From contig OY969814.1 of the NCBI GenBank assembly GCA_963703345.1, forward strand, positions 1,792,001 to 1,856,000: 64,000 nucleotides of DNA. Direction: 5' to 3'. The notes under the pieces were generated by a model. That model was not told the DNA's origin, did no database searches, and worked only from the letters and a program-made list of their open reading frames with translations. Positions 37,536 through 47,050 of this stretch are shown here, in pieces. The translations under genes and the position numbers were made by a program. This DNA comes from an uncultured Chloroflexia bacterium (GTDB lineage: Bacteria; Chloroflexota; Dehalococcoidia; DSTF01; JALHUB01). Positions within the stretch are counted from its first letter, which is position 1. The number at the start of each line of letters is the position of its first letter.

Positions 37536-38624
37536 CTACACCACGTCGGAGTCCCCGAGGGTTAGGAACCAGTTGTGCAGGTCGTAGGCGGCGTTCGCCT
37601 CGTCGGCGTGGGAGCGCACGACGAAGTGAAGCGGATGCGGCTCCATGAAGCGCGGCGGCATCCAGAAGCCGGAGGCGCGGAACAGCCGGAACTCGTCGGT
37701 GTGACGGAGCGAGAGCGTCGCCAGCATGTCGAGATCGCGGTCTTGGAAGTAAGCGCCGGCGTGGTCGATTAGCAGGCGGCCGGCGGCCCGTCCTTCGCCG
37801 CTCGCTTCGACAACGAGGTCGACGATGAGGCCGGCGGAGAAGCGGCCCAGCGACGCGGCCCGCAAGACGCTTATCGCCCGCACTTTCCCCTCGGACCTTG
37901 CGGCGAAAGCGGCAAAATCTCCCTCAGGCGCGTTTGTATAGCGCCAGTTCAGGTAGGCGGAGTCGCGGACGACGATGAGCGGCGCGCGGTGCTGGACGCG
38001 GCGCCAGAAGACAGCGAACGGCTCGTCGAAGTCCTTCACCTCGTCGATTGCCAGGCCGGGCACTTCTTTCTGCCGAACAGACGGCGGCGTGCGCCAGACG
38101 ACGCGCGCAATCGATGCCGTCCTCGCCAGGACGCGGCTGCCGGTCGTCTTCATCGCCAGGCGCTCAGGATGCAGCGGGCGGATGAGCAGGGAGAGCGCGG
38201 CCACTTCCTTGAACCCGCCCTGATTGACGAGGACCGGGAAGGATGCGTCGTCGGGGAAGGCGTAGCTGAAGGCGATCTTCTCCTCGGCGGCGAGGGCATC
38301 GAGCTTTCGCAGCAGGTCGAGGGGGATGCCGCGGCCTTCAAACTCGGGGTCGATAAGCGGCTTGAGCGTGAGCGCAGCGGTCACGGACTCGCCGGAGAGC
38401 CGCACGCCAACCGGCGCCATGGCGGCGCAGGCGATGAGGCGGCCGGACGCTGCTTCCCGCGCGACCATGCCGATGGCCGGACCGCCGGGGCCCCGCTGCA
38501 TCAGCCACTCGAAGTACGCCTCGCCTGGAGCGCCTTCGGCCAAGACCTTCCGGGCGAGCTCAAGGCAGGCTGCGGCGTCTTCCGGCGTGTACCTCGCGGC
38601 CGTCCAGGTCTCCTCTTGAAGCAC
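37536..38624 (-). CDS. GNAT-family acyltransferase-like protein
   Basis: 'IDPEFEGRG', 'SYAFPD', 'VRDSAYLNWRY', C-terminal 'LGDSD'; GTG start with GGAGG RBS. Confidence 0.75.
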   Translation of the reverse strand: MLQEETWTAARYTPEDAAACLELARKVLAEGAPGEAYFEWLMQRGPGGPAIGMVAREAASGRLIACAAMAPVGVRLSGESVTAALTLKPLIDPEFEGRGIPLDLLRKLDALAAEEKIAFSYAFPDDASFPVLVNQGGFKEVAALSLLIRPLHPERLAMKTTGSRVLARTASIARVVWRTPPSVRQKEVPGLAIDEVKDFDEPFAVFWRRVQHRAPLIVVRDSAYLNWRYTNAPEGDFAAFAARSEGKVRAISVLRAASLGRFSAGLIVDLVVEASGEGRAAGRLLIDHAGAYFQDRDLDMLATLSLRHTDEFRLFRASGFWMPPRFMEPHPLHFVVRSHADEANAAYDLHNWFLTLGDSDVV

Positions 38625-38757
38625 GCTTCGACCTCCGCTCGCTGTGACCGCCGGTATTATAGCATGGCACCCGGTCGATAGCCGTAAGCGGGGCGCGTTG
38701 ACGCTTTTCCGCCGCCGATGCCATACTCGCGGCAGGTCGGCACGAAGAAAGGGGCGC

Positions 38758-39546
38758 ATGATGGAATACGAGGACCTGCTCTACGAAAAGGACGGCGCCA
38801 TTGCCACGATAACGCTGAACCGGCCGGAGGCGCTCAACGCGATCTCGCTGGCGATGCTGAACAGTCTGGCCGCGGCCCTGCGCGAAGTCGACAGGGACCC
38901 GGAGGTGCGGGTAGTCGTCGTCACCGGCGCCGGACGCGGCTTCTGCGCCGGACTGGATCTGAAGGAGATGTTCGGGGCTGCCGCCGGCGGCGCTCCCCTT
39001 GGCATTCGCTTCGATCTGAATAACAGCCCGCCGATGGCGCTGCACACTCTCGACAAGCCGGTCATCTGCTCGCTCAACGGCCCGGCCGCCGGCTACGGCT
39101 TCGACCTGGCGCTCGGCTGCGACGTCCGCATCGCTTCGGAGAAGGCGCGAATGGGCGCGGTGTTCACGCGCCGGGGCATTCTGCCGGAGAGCGGCGGCAC
39201 GTGGATGCTGCCCCGACTGCTCGGCTGGGCGAAGGCCTCGGAGCTTGTCTTCCGCGGTCGTGTCCTCGACGCGCAGGAGTCGCTGGAGCTGGGACTGGTG
39301 AATACGGTGGTCCCGCACGAGCGGCTGGCGGAGGAGACGCGCGCCTGGGCGGAGGAGATCGCCGGCAACGCGCCGCTCGCGGTCCAGGCCGCAAAGCGCC
39401 TGATGCGCCTGGGGCTGGAAGAGAGCTTCGAGGCGAGCGTCCACCACGCTTATCTGCAGCTATTGCCGCTTTTCGGGACGGAGGACTTCAAGGAGGGCGT
39501 GAGCTCGTTCCTGGAGAAGCGTCCGCCGGCGTTCAAGGGCCGCTAG
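38758..39546 (+). CDS. Enoyl-CoA hydratase/isomerase family protein
   Basis: 'TLNRPEALNA', 'FCAGLDL', 'LNGPAAGYGFDLALGCD', 'FLEKRPPAFKGR'. Confidence 0.9.
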   Translation: MMEYEDLLYEKDGAIATITLNRPEALNAISLAMLNSLAAALREVDRDPEVRVVVVTGAGRGFCAGLDLKEMFGAAAGGAPLGIRFDLNNSPPMALHTLDKPVICSLNGPAAGYGFDLALGCDVRIASEKARMGAVFTRRGILPESGGTWMLPRLLGWAKASELVFRGRVLDAQESLELGLVNTVVPHERLAEETRAWAEEIAGNAPLAVQAAKRLMRLGLEESFEASVHHAYLQLLPLFGTEDFKEGVSSFLEKRPPAFKGR

Positions 39547-39730
39547 GGACGTTCACCTCCGTCGACTTCGACGTCGACTCCGGCGGCGCAAGATCTGCGT
39601 GGAGTATCGAGCGAGACGTGGTTTCGGGGGCCGTTCGGGATCCCGAACGGCCCCAAGAATGCGCGCTAGCGCACGTCGTCTCGACCAATCGAACCTGCGA
39701 TGCTTGTCGACAACCGATGAGGAATCGCTC

Positions 39731-40333
39731 CTACTGCCCGCGGCTGTAGGTTCCCATCAACTCCGCCTGCCCGAGGATATGGCCGTTCATCGCCTGGAGG
39801 AGCTGGTCTTCCGTCCAGCCGGGCGTCGAATCGAGCTTGACGTCGAGGGCGTACAGGCGGAAGAAGTAGCGGTGCACGCCGCTGGGCGGGCAGGGGCCGG
39901 TGTAGCCCAGCTTGCCGGCGCCATTCGCCCCGTTCACGCCGCCCGTCGCCGGCCTCTCGTCCGTCGAGACGCCTTCGGGCAGCGCGCGCAACGCCGGCGG
40001 CAGCCCGTAGATGGCCCAGTGGACGAAAGTGCCTGACGGCGCGTCGGGGTCGTCGACCACGAGGGCGAGGCTTTGCGTGCCCGACGGCGGCGCATCCCAT
40101 TGCAGCGGCGGCGATATGCTTTCGCCGTCGCAGGTGTACTTCGCCGGAATCGTTGCCTTCGCGGCGAAGGCCGAGCTCGTCATTGTCATCGTTGCCGGCG
40201 TCATCGTTGTCGCCTCCTTGCTAGCGACCGCGCTGGTCGTTGGCGTGGCTGAGGGCGTGCCACCTCCCCCGCCACACGCAACCCCAAGCGCCAGCCAGAG
40301 AGCAGCGAGGAACAGGATAAACGCCTTTCGCAT
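39731..40333 (-). CDS. YbhB/YbcL (PEBP/Raf kinase inhibitor-like) lipoprotein
   Basis: Lipobox 'GVAC', 'SPPLQW', 'DDPDAP..FVHW', 'YTGPCPP..HRYFFRLYALD'. Confidence 0.9.
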   Translation of the reverse strand: MRKAFILFLAALWLALGVACGGGGGTPSATPTTSAVASKEATTMTPATMTMTSSAFAAKATIPAKYTCDGESISPPLQWDAPPSGTQSLALVVDDPDAPSGTFVHWAIYGLPPALRALPEGVSTDERPATGGVNGANGAGKLGYTGPCPPSGVHRYFFRLYALDVKLDSTPGWTEDQLLQAMNGHILGQAELMGTYSRGQ

Positions 40334-40490
40334 GCCATGCCTCCGCGGATCGTCCTTCGCGATGCTGTTCTCTGCCATTCTACACGAAAAAGCGGAAGCG
40401 AAAACACCGCCACAGAGTGCAATTCCGCGACGACGATGGTATGCTTGAGCGCGTCGGAAAGCAACTGTCGCGATTCGGGGGATTGCGCGA

Positions 40491-41396
40491 ATGGCCCGAA
40501 AAAAAGCCGAGGCCGAGGCGCCACGAAAGAAGAAGTCGCGTCGCCGCAAGCAGTCCTTTAGCCAGAGGGCCGGCAGCATTACGCTGCGCTTCGTCGTGCC
40601 GGGCGTGCTCGTGGCGGCCGCGGTCGCGATAATTGGCGTCTTTCTCGTCGGCCAGAAGACCAGCGAGGCGCCAGAGTTGCGGGCGGCCATCGTCGACCAA
40701 CTGGGCCTCACCGATCCGAACCCGGCCTTCGCCCAGGCCGTGACGCCCGTCTTGCAGCAGGCCGGTTACAGCGTCGACTACTTTCCGCCGGAGCAGGTCA
40801 ACGTCGAGTTCTACCGCCATATTGCGGAGCAAAAGTACACGCTCATCATCTTCAGAGTCCACATCGCCCGCTTCACCGAAGAGGGACTGACGCAGTCGGA
40901 TCCCGTGAAGCGACAGCAGATCATCGACGCCTTCGGCCAAGAGGCCTTCCTCTTCAGCTCTGAGGAGTACGATTCGTCGAAATACGCCGACGAGCGCGCG
41001 CAGTACCGCCTCTTCGCCGTCCGCAACCTCGCTGGCTCCGGCGACAAGCGCTTCTTCGGCATAGCGCCGCAGTTCGTTGAGTCCAGCATGCAAGGCAGCT
41101 TCAACAACACGACAATCGTGCTCATGGGCTGCGACGGCCTGCTCTTCGACACGACGGCGAAGGCGTTCGCGAAGAAGGGCGCCGGCGTCATCATCGGCTG
41201 GAATAGCCTCGTCTCCGCTGAGCACACCGACGCCGCAATACAGAGCCTCCTGCCAAAACTAGTGTCGCAGAAGCTTACCTTCGGCCAGGCAATCAGTCAG
41301 ACGATGGCCGAGGTCGGCAAGGACCCAAGCTACGACAACGCCCTCAAGGTCTATCCCCCGGACGCCGAGAGCCGCACGCTCCTCCAGAGCGGCTAG
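40491..41396 (+). CDS. Hypothetical membrane-anchored protein
   Basis: Basic N-terminus, one TM, globular domain with 'IIFRVH' and 'VLMGC'. Confidence 0.65.
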   Translation: MARKKAEAEAPRKKKSRRRKQSFSQRAGSITLRFVVPGVLVAAAVAIIGVFLVGQKTSEAPELRAAIVDQLGLTDPNPAFAQAVTPVLQQAGYSVDYFPPEQVNVEFYRHIAEQKYTLIIFRVHIARFTEEGLTQSDPVKRQQIIDAFGQEAFLFSSEEYDSSKYADERAQYRLFAVRNLAGSGDKRFFGIAPQFVESSMQGSFNNTTIVLMGCDGLLFDTTAKAFAKKGAGVIIGWNSLVSAEHTDAAIQSLLPKLVSQKLTFGQAISQTMAEVGKDPSYDNALKVYPPDAESRTLLQSG

Positions 41397-42715
41397 TCCA
41401 TCTCTCCCGCCGGCCCTCTCAGCACCGCGCGCGCTCCTTGCGAGCCGCGACGGAGCAGCATCCGCATCGACGGCGCCGCGACAGGAACGAGGGCAACAGT
41501 GAACGAGGCGAAAAGGAGGCAGTTCAAGGCAGCCACGGCGATCGTGAAGGGGGAGCCCGTCCAGCGACCGGCAAAATCGGCAATCGGCGGCGCCACGACG
41601 GCCAGGTTGAAGAAGAAGGCGATGGAGGCAAAGCCGTACAAGGCCCGCCAGCGCGACTCGGCGATGGCCACCGGCAGCATGAAGGCGAGGAACGGGTAGA
41701 GGTAGCGGTCGTGCGTGGAGATGGGCAGGAGATAGAAAGCGAACGAGAGGTAGGCCGCGGCCACCAGGGCGCCGCGAAGGTTGGGACGGGCGTGCAGGTA
41801 GAACAACGCCAGGAAGCCGGCGCAGACCGTCAGCACCAAGCCAATCGTCCGGTAGGTGATGAAGGGGACGACGCCCTGGTCGGGATGAGGATGTAACGAC
41901 AGGTCGGCGAACCACCACAGGTTCCAGGCGGACGCCGACAACCTGCTGTAGTCCGCCTCGAACAGGCTCCGATAGACGCGCAGGATGTTCAGCGCGTCGC
42001 CGTGGAGCAGCCAGGGGCCAAGCCCGACGAGCCAAACGGCCGCCACCGTGAGCACTCCCGACCGCAGGGCGCGCGGACTCTGTCGCCAGGCCAGGTAGAT
42101 GAGCAGCGGCAGGATGATTATCGGATGCGGTTTGACTAGAAAGCCGACCGCCCACATGCCGAAGGCCAGCTTCGTGCGGCCCCTTGCGACGAAGAAGATC
42201 GCCAGCAGCATCGCCATCGTGACGGCCGAGTCCGTCTGCGACCAGACCGCCGAATCGTACAGAACGGCCGGCTGCACGGCGATTACGGCCGCGGCAACAA
42301 GGGCGAGGGCATTGCTCCGCGGAAGGCGAAGCTCCTCAAAGAGGGCGCGGCTGACGGCATAGACGGCGACGATCAGGCCCAGGTCGAACAGAACGGGCGG
42401 CGCCTTGACGAGGAGGCGCAGCCGTATCGCGTCATAGTCCCACGTTCCGCCGATTATGCCGTTGATTTGCGTCAGCAGCCAGAGGACGTAGTGATAGCCA
42501 ACGTAGTCGGTGTCGGTAGTGCGAAAGATGTTGAGGAGGCCGTGCCGGTGGATGGCCACCATCCAGTTCTTCCAGAAGCCCTCGTCGGTGAAGCCTTTGT
42601 CCTGGTAGGCCCAGAGGGGCAGCAGCGGCAGGCGGATCGCGAAGGCGACGACGAGCAGAGCCATGAGATGGAGATGGTTGCGGATGGTCTGGCGGGCGGT
42701 GGCAAGCAGCGTCAT
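41393..42715 (-). CDS. GT-C fold membrane glycosyltransferase (mannosyltransferase-like)
   Basis: Multi-TM; 'VKAPPVLFD', 'YDSAVWSQTDS', 'KPH', 'HDRYLYP'. Confidence 0.8.
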   Translation of the reverse strand: MTLLATARQTIRNHLHLMALLVVAFAIRLPLLPLWAYQDKGFTDEGFWKNWMVAIHRHGLLNIFRTTDTDYVGYHYVLWLLTQINGIIGGTWDYDAIRLRLLVKAPPVLFDLGLIVAVYAVSRALFEELRLPRSNALALVAAAVIAVQPAVLYDSAVWSQTDSAVTMAMLLAIFFVARGRTKLAFGMWAVGFLVKPHPIIILPLLIYLAWRQSPRALRSGVLTVAAVWLVGLGPWLLHGDALNILRVYRSLFEADYSRLSASAWNLWWFADLSLHPHPDQGVVPFITYRTIGLVLTVCAGFLALFYLHARPNLRGALVAAAYLSFAFYLLPISTHDRYLYPFLAFMLPVAIAESRWRALYGFASIAFFFNLAVVAPPIADFAGRWTGSPFTIAVAALNCLLFASFTVALVPVAAPSMRMLLRRGSQGARAVLRGPAGEMD

Positions 42716-42734
42716 GCCGGCTTCCTCATAAGCT

Positions 42735-43298
42735 ATGATAGCAGAGAAGGAGGCGGGCAGGAGCAGCGAAATGTTTACAATCGGACATTCCACGCGTCCC
42801 ATCACCGAGCTGCTCGGTCTGCTGAGAGAGCATGCGGTTAAGCGGGTCGTTGACGTGCGGACCATCCCGCGCTCGCGTCACAACCCGCAGTTCGACATCG
42901 AAACGCTGCCTCAGGCGCTTCTCGCCGCCGACATCGCCTACGAGCACAGGCCATCGCTGGGCGGCCTGCGCCGCGCGCGACGCGACTCGCCGAACGACGG
43001 CTGGCGCAACGCGTCTTTCCGCGGCTTTGCTGACTACATGCAGACGCCGGAGTTCGCGGCGGCGCTGGAGCAACTGATAGCGTCGTCGCGACGGGAATGC
43101 ACGGCGGTCCTCTGCGCTGAGGCTCTGCCCTGGCGCTGTCATCGCTTTCTCATCAGCGACGCCCTGACGGTGCGTGGGGAGGAGGTCGAGCACATAATCG
43201 GCAGCGGCAGCCCGCAGCGGCACCGCCTGACGCCGTGGGCGCGCGTCGAGGACGGGCTCATAACCTACCCGGCGCCGCATCAGGGCGAGGAGTCGTAG
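42735..43298 (+). CDS. DUF488 family protein
   Basis: 'FTIGHSTR', 'VDVRTIPRSRHNPQF', 'CAEALPWRCHRFLI'. Confidence 0.9.
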   Translation: MIAEKEAGRSSEMFTIGHSTRPITELLGLLREHAVKRVVDVRTIPRSRHNPQFDIETLPQALLAADIAYEHRPSLGGLRRARRDSPNDGWRNASFRGFADYMQTPEFAAALEQLIASSRRECTAVLCAEALPWRCHRFLISDALTVRGEEVEHIIGSGSPQRHRLTPWARVEDGLITYPAPHQGEES

Positions 43299-43398
43299 TA
43301 GACCCTGCGCCAGTGGACAAGGCCCGGCGGCTGTGAGATTCTGTAAGGAGAGAGTTGTTGCGCCGGGGGCGCAACAGGCGAAAGCCGCGGAGGCAGAA

Positions 43399-44013
43399 AT
43401 GGTGAAGGAAGACGAACAAGCGACAGCCATCGCGGGGGAAGGCGGCGAGACGGTCAATGAACTCCTGACAGGCTTTCTCAGCCACGATTGGAAGGTCCGG
43501 GAGTCCTCGCGGCTGGGACTGGAGAGTCTGGGAGAGCTGGCGCTTTTCCCGCTCATCGACCTGCTAAACGATCCGGACTGGCACGTTCGCTGGGAGGCGG
43601 CAAAGGCGCTACAGAACATTCGCGATCCGAGGGCGGCGCCGGCGCTCGTCAACACGCTTACGGACTCGCGCTTTGGCGTGCGCTGGCTGGCCTCGGAAGC
43701 GCTGATAGCGCTGAAGGAGGCCGCTCTGGGCCCATTGCTCGACGCGCTGGTCCACCAGGGCGACTCGCTCTGGCTGAGGAGAGGCGCTCATCGCGTGCTG
43801 CGGCAGTTAACGGATGAGCTCCATCGCCCGGAGGTCAGCGAGATCGTGAAGCCGGTGTTGACCGCGCTGGAGAGCATCGAGCCATCAGCGACCGTGGGGG
43901 TTGCGGCGCAAACCGCCCTGGCAGAGCTGCAGCGGCGCGGCGTTCTCGAACGAACTCACTGGCCCCAGGAAGAGGGCGCCGCTACCGAGCCGCCCGCGCT
44001 TCGCAGTCGGTAG
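43399..44013 (+). CDS. HEAT-repeat protein
   Basis: Repeats 'L.DPDWHVRWEAAKAL', 'LTDSRFGVRWLASEAL'. Confidence 0.8.
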   Translation: MVKEDEQATAIAGEGGETVNELLTGFLSHDWKVRESSRLGLESLGELALFPLIDLLNDPDWHVRWEAAKALQNIRDPRAAPALVNTLTDSRFGVRWLASEALIALKEAALGPLLDALVHQGDSLWLRRGAHRVLRQLTDELHRPEVSEIVKPVLTALESIEPSATVGVAAQTALAELQRRGVLERTHWPQEEGAATEPPALRSR

Positions 44014-45350
44014 AGGACCGAGAGCGCTACGCCGGTCGCCGAGAGGATGCCGAAGAGCACTATCGCCTGCTGAACGCCCAGCCTTTCCGCGACGTTGCCG
44101 AGGAGGAAGGCGCCCAGCGGCGTCGTCCCGGCGAAGAGCAGCACGTAAAGGCTCATTATCCTGCCCCTGAGGTGCCCCGGCGAGAGAAGCTGAAGACGCG
44201 TGTTCGCTGAGGCGGTGAAGATGATGCCGGAAACCCCCATCAGCATCAGCAGGAAAAGCGTCAGCGCGTACCAATGCGACAGGCCGACCAGAATCAGCAG
44301 CAGGCTGAACACGCCACCGCCGATCAGAATCTGCTTCTCGCCGGCCCGCCTCGTGTAGGCGATGGCGAGGGCGGCAAGGAGCGATCCGACGCCCAGAGTA
44401 GCGGTCATTGCGCCGAAGCCTATCGAGCCGACGTGCAGGACGAACCGGGCGAGCAGCGGCAGAGCAGTGCTGAAGTTATAGCCGAAGGTGCCGACGAACG
44501 CCATCAGGATCAGGATTAGCAGCACCTGCGGCGTTCGGAAGGCGAAGTCCAGCCCCTCCCGAAGCTGCGTGAACATCCTTCCCCTGCCCTTCTCGACGGG
44601 AAACAGCTCCGCCGGCCGCATCATCATCAGGGCGATGATGACGGGAATGAAGCTGGCGGCGTTCAGGTAGAACGTGCCGGCGACGCCGACGAGAGCGATG
44701 GTGATTCCGCCTATCGCCGGGCCCACGATGCGCGCGGCGTTGAAAAGGGTGCTGTTGAGCGGCACGGCGTTCGGCACCAGGTCTTTGCCAACCATCTCCG
44801 GCACAAACGCCTGCCGCGTCGGGTTGTCGAAGGCGTTGGTTATGCCGAGAGCCGTTGCCAGCAGGTAGACGTGCCAGAGGCGGACGGTGCCCGTCGTGAT
44901 GAGCACGGCAAGCGCGAGCGCCTGCAGCATCGCCGCGGTCTGCGTGACGACGAGAAAGCGCCGCTTGGGCACGCGGTCGGCGAAGACGCCGCCGAAGAGG
45001 ACCAGCAGCGTTATCGGCAGGAACTGCAGCGTCGTAACGGTGCCGACGGCAAACGGCGACTGCGTCAGGTTTAGCACGAGCCACGCCTGCCCCACAGTCT
45101 GCATCCAGGTGCCGCTGAGGGAGATGAGCTGGCCGAACCAGAAGAGCCGGAAATTGCGAACGCTGAGCGCTATGAAGATGTCGCGCACGCTTCGCCCGGC
45201 GGGAGCGAGCCCGGCCTCCACGGCGGAATTGGGCGCGACTCCGTTCAGGGATAGATCTTCGTCTTCCGCGCTCTTCTGAGCATCGTCGTGAGGCGTCATT
45301 CGCTGCGTCCTCGCATGAGGCAGCCCGGATCTTTCGTAGAAAGAAGCCAC
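43956..45350 (-). CDS. MFS transporter
   Basis: 'NFRLFWFGQLISLSGTWMQ', 'DNPTRQAF', 'LRGRIMSLY'; start may be 45299. Confidence 0.9.
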   Translation of the reverse strand: MASFYERSGLPHARTQRMTPHDDAQKSAEDEDLSLNGVAPNSAVEAGLAPAGRSVRDIFIALSVRNFRLFWFGQLISLSGTWMQTVGQAWLVLNLTQSPFAVGTVTTLQFLPITLLVLFGGVFADRVPKRRFLVVTQTAAMLQALALAVLITTGTVRLWHVYLLATALGITNAFDNPTRQAFVPEMVGKDLVPNAVPLNSTLFNAARIVGPAIGGITIALVGVAGTFYLNAASFIPVIIALMMMRPAELFPVEKGRGRMFTQLREGLDFAFRTPQVLLILILMAFVGTFGYNFSTALPLLARFVLHVGSIGFGAMTATLGVGSLLAALAIAYTRRAGEKQILIGGGVFSLLLILVGLSHWYALTLFLLMLMGVSGIIFTASANTRLQLLSPGHLRGRIMSLYVLLFAGTTPLGAFLLGNVAERLGVQQAIVLFGILSATGVALSVLYRLRSAGGSVAAPSSWGQ

Positions 45351-45462
45351 CCCCGCAATTGCGAGGGTAGCCGAAAATCGAAAGAGCCGCCAGCGTTATC
45401 GCACGGGCACGTTCACCGTTTGAAACGGCACGGGCCGTCAACGAATTGGGGCGAAAGACCGT

Positions 45463-46692
45463 CTAGAGGTAGGGCGGCGGCTTCAAGTCCCGCGTCATTC
45501 GGTGGTGCTGTAGGTGGACGACTGTCAGAACGATGGCGACGCCGAGCAGTATGGCGGCGAACTTGAACGGCGCTTCCGGTCCGTACATCTCGCTGACGCG
45601 CCCGCCGGCTGCCTGACCGACTGCACCGCCAAGCCCCTGCACCGCGGCCAGCGATCCAAGAAGGACGCCGCGCGTCTGGACCTGCGTCGCGTCGAGGGCG
45701 GCGGCGCACCAGGCGGGCACGCTGATGGCATAGGCAAGGCCCGCCAGCACCGCCAGGTTGACGGCGATGAACGGACTGTGCGTCAGCGTCAGCGCGAACA
45801 GGCAGAGCGCGGTAACAGCCAGCCCCACGATGAGCGGCAATTGCCTCCCGAAGCGGTCGGCCAGGTGCGAGAAGCGGAAGGCGATGAAGCCCGCGACTGC
45901 CGCCGGCGCGATCAGGAGCAGCGCCATCTGGTGCATCTGGACGTGCAGCACCTGCGTCAAGTACGTTCCAATAGCGGGCGTCTGCACGGCGATGCCCAGG
46001 CTCAAGAAAAGGATGATGGCGGCGAGCATCAGGATGCCGGGCTTCATGATCGAGCGGAAGGCGCTGAGCTGGAGCGCCTCACCCGTCTTCCGAACGATCG
46101 GCACGACCGGCGCGTGGTCCGGCCGCATCGCAACGGCGAGCGCGAGGCCGTTCAACGCCAGGCAGGCGAGGAAGACGGCGGTGTAAGAGACGAAGTCGCC
46201 GAGCATGACGCCGACCATCGCTCCTGCGCCGAGGCCGAGCATCTGCGCGAGGTTCAGGTAGTGCATGACCTGGCCGCGCTTCGCCGGCTCGTTCGTGTCG
46301 CCGACATGGGCCAGGAAGGCGGGCCACATCGTCGCGGCGGCGAGACCGTAGAGGCCGGAGAGGGCCAGGAACAGCGTGCCGTTAGGGAAGAGCATCATCG
46401 CGGCGAGCACTGGTATGCCGACCGCTATTCCGACGGCGAGGACGGGCCGCCTTCCGACTCTATCGGCGATCCAGCCTGCAGGCATCTGCCAGAGGAAGCG
46501 CGCCAGGCTATAGGAAGCGAGCGCGTAGCCCGGGAAGGCGTTGGAAGCGTTGAGGTGCTGCGGCAGGTAGGTCTGGACAAGCGTCAGCATGAAGATGCCC
46601 AGGGAAGCCTGCCAGAGAAAAACGGTGGCCGCCAGCTCGATCAGCCGGCGGCGAGGCATCGTCAGGGAGTAGGAGGGGAAACTGATTCTCAT
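45463..46692 (-). CDS. MFS transporter
   Basis: 'GWIADRVGRR' and 'LADRFGRQ' motif-A copies, about 12 TMs. Confidence 0.88.
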   Translation of the reverse strand: MRISFPSYSLTMPRRRLIELAATVFLWQASLGIFMLTLVQTYLPQHLNASNAFPGYALASYSLARFLWQMPAGWIADRVGRRPVLAVGIAVGIPVLAAMMLFPNGTLFLALSGLYGLAAATMWPAFLAHVGDTNEPAKRGQVMHYLNLAQMLGLGAGAMVGVMLGDFVSYTAVFLACLALNGLALAVAMRPDHAPVVPIVRKTGEALQLSAFRSIMKPGILMLAAIILFLSLGIAVQTPAIGTYLTQVLHVQMHQMALLLIAPAAVAGFIAFRFSHLADRFGRQLPLIVGLAVTALCLFALTLTHSPFIAVNLAVLAGLAYAISVPAWCAAALDATQVQTRGVLLGSLAAVQGLGGAVGQAAGGRVSEMYGPEAPFKFAAILLGVAIVLTVVHLQHHRMTRDLKPPPYL

Positions 46693-47050
46693 ATTCTGTT
46701 ACTCGCCGCTTGTCGCATCGACCCCTCCACCTATAGCATCGGTCGTTTCGCTATTGACCGAAAGGCGGAAACGCCGGAAGCTCCAGCGGCTATGTGCTGC
46801 ATCATTGGAGACCACCACCCATTCACTACCCCCCCCATTGTCGTGAGTGCCGTCCCATTCGGCGGTGCGGGAATCGCAATGAGGAACTGCGCGGGGCGTT
46901 ATTAACTTCTTGCTACCTATTCTACACCCCCTGCCGAGCAAAGCAAGCCTCACTGGGGCCACCGCACTTCCGGTAGATTCGGGCATCGCTACGCCCGAAA
47001 AAATGCTGAGGAGAGTCGTCGCCACTGTGCTGCAGGCGATAACGCGGCGG

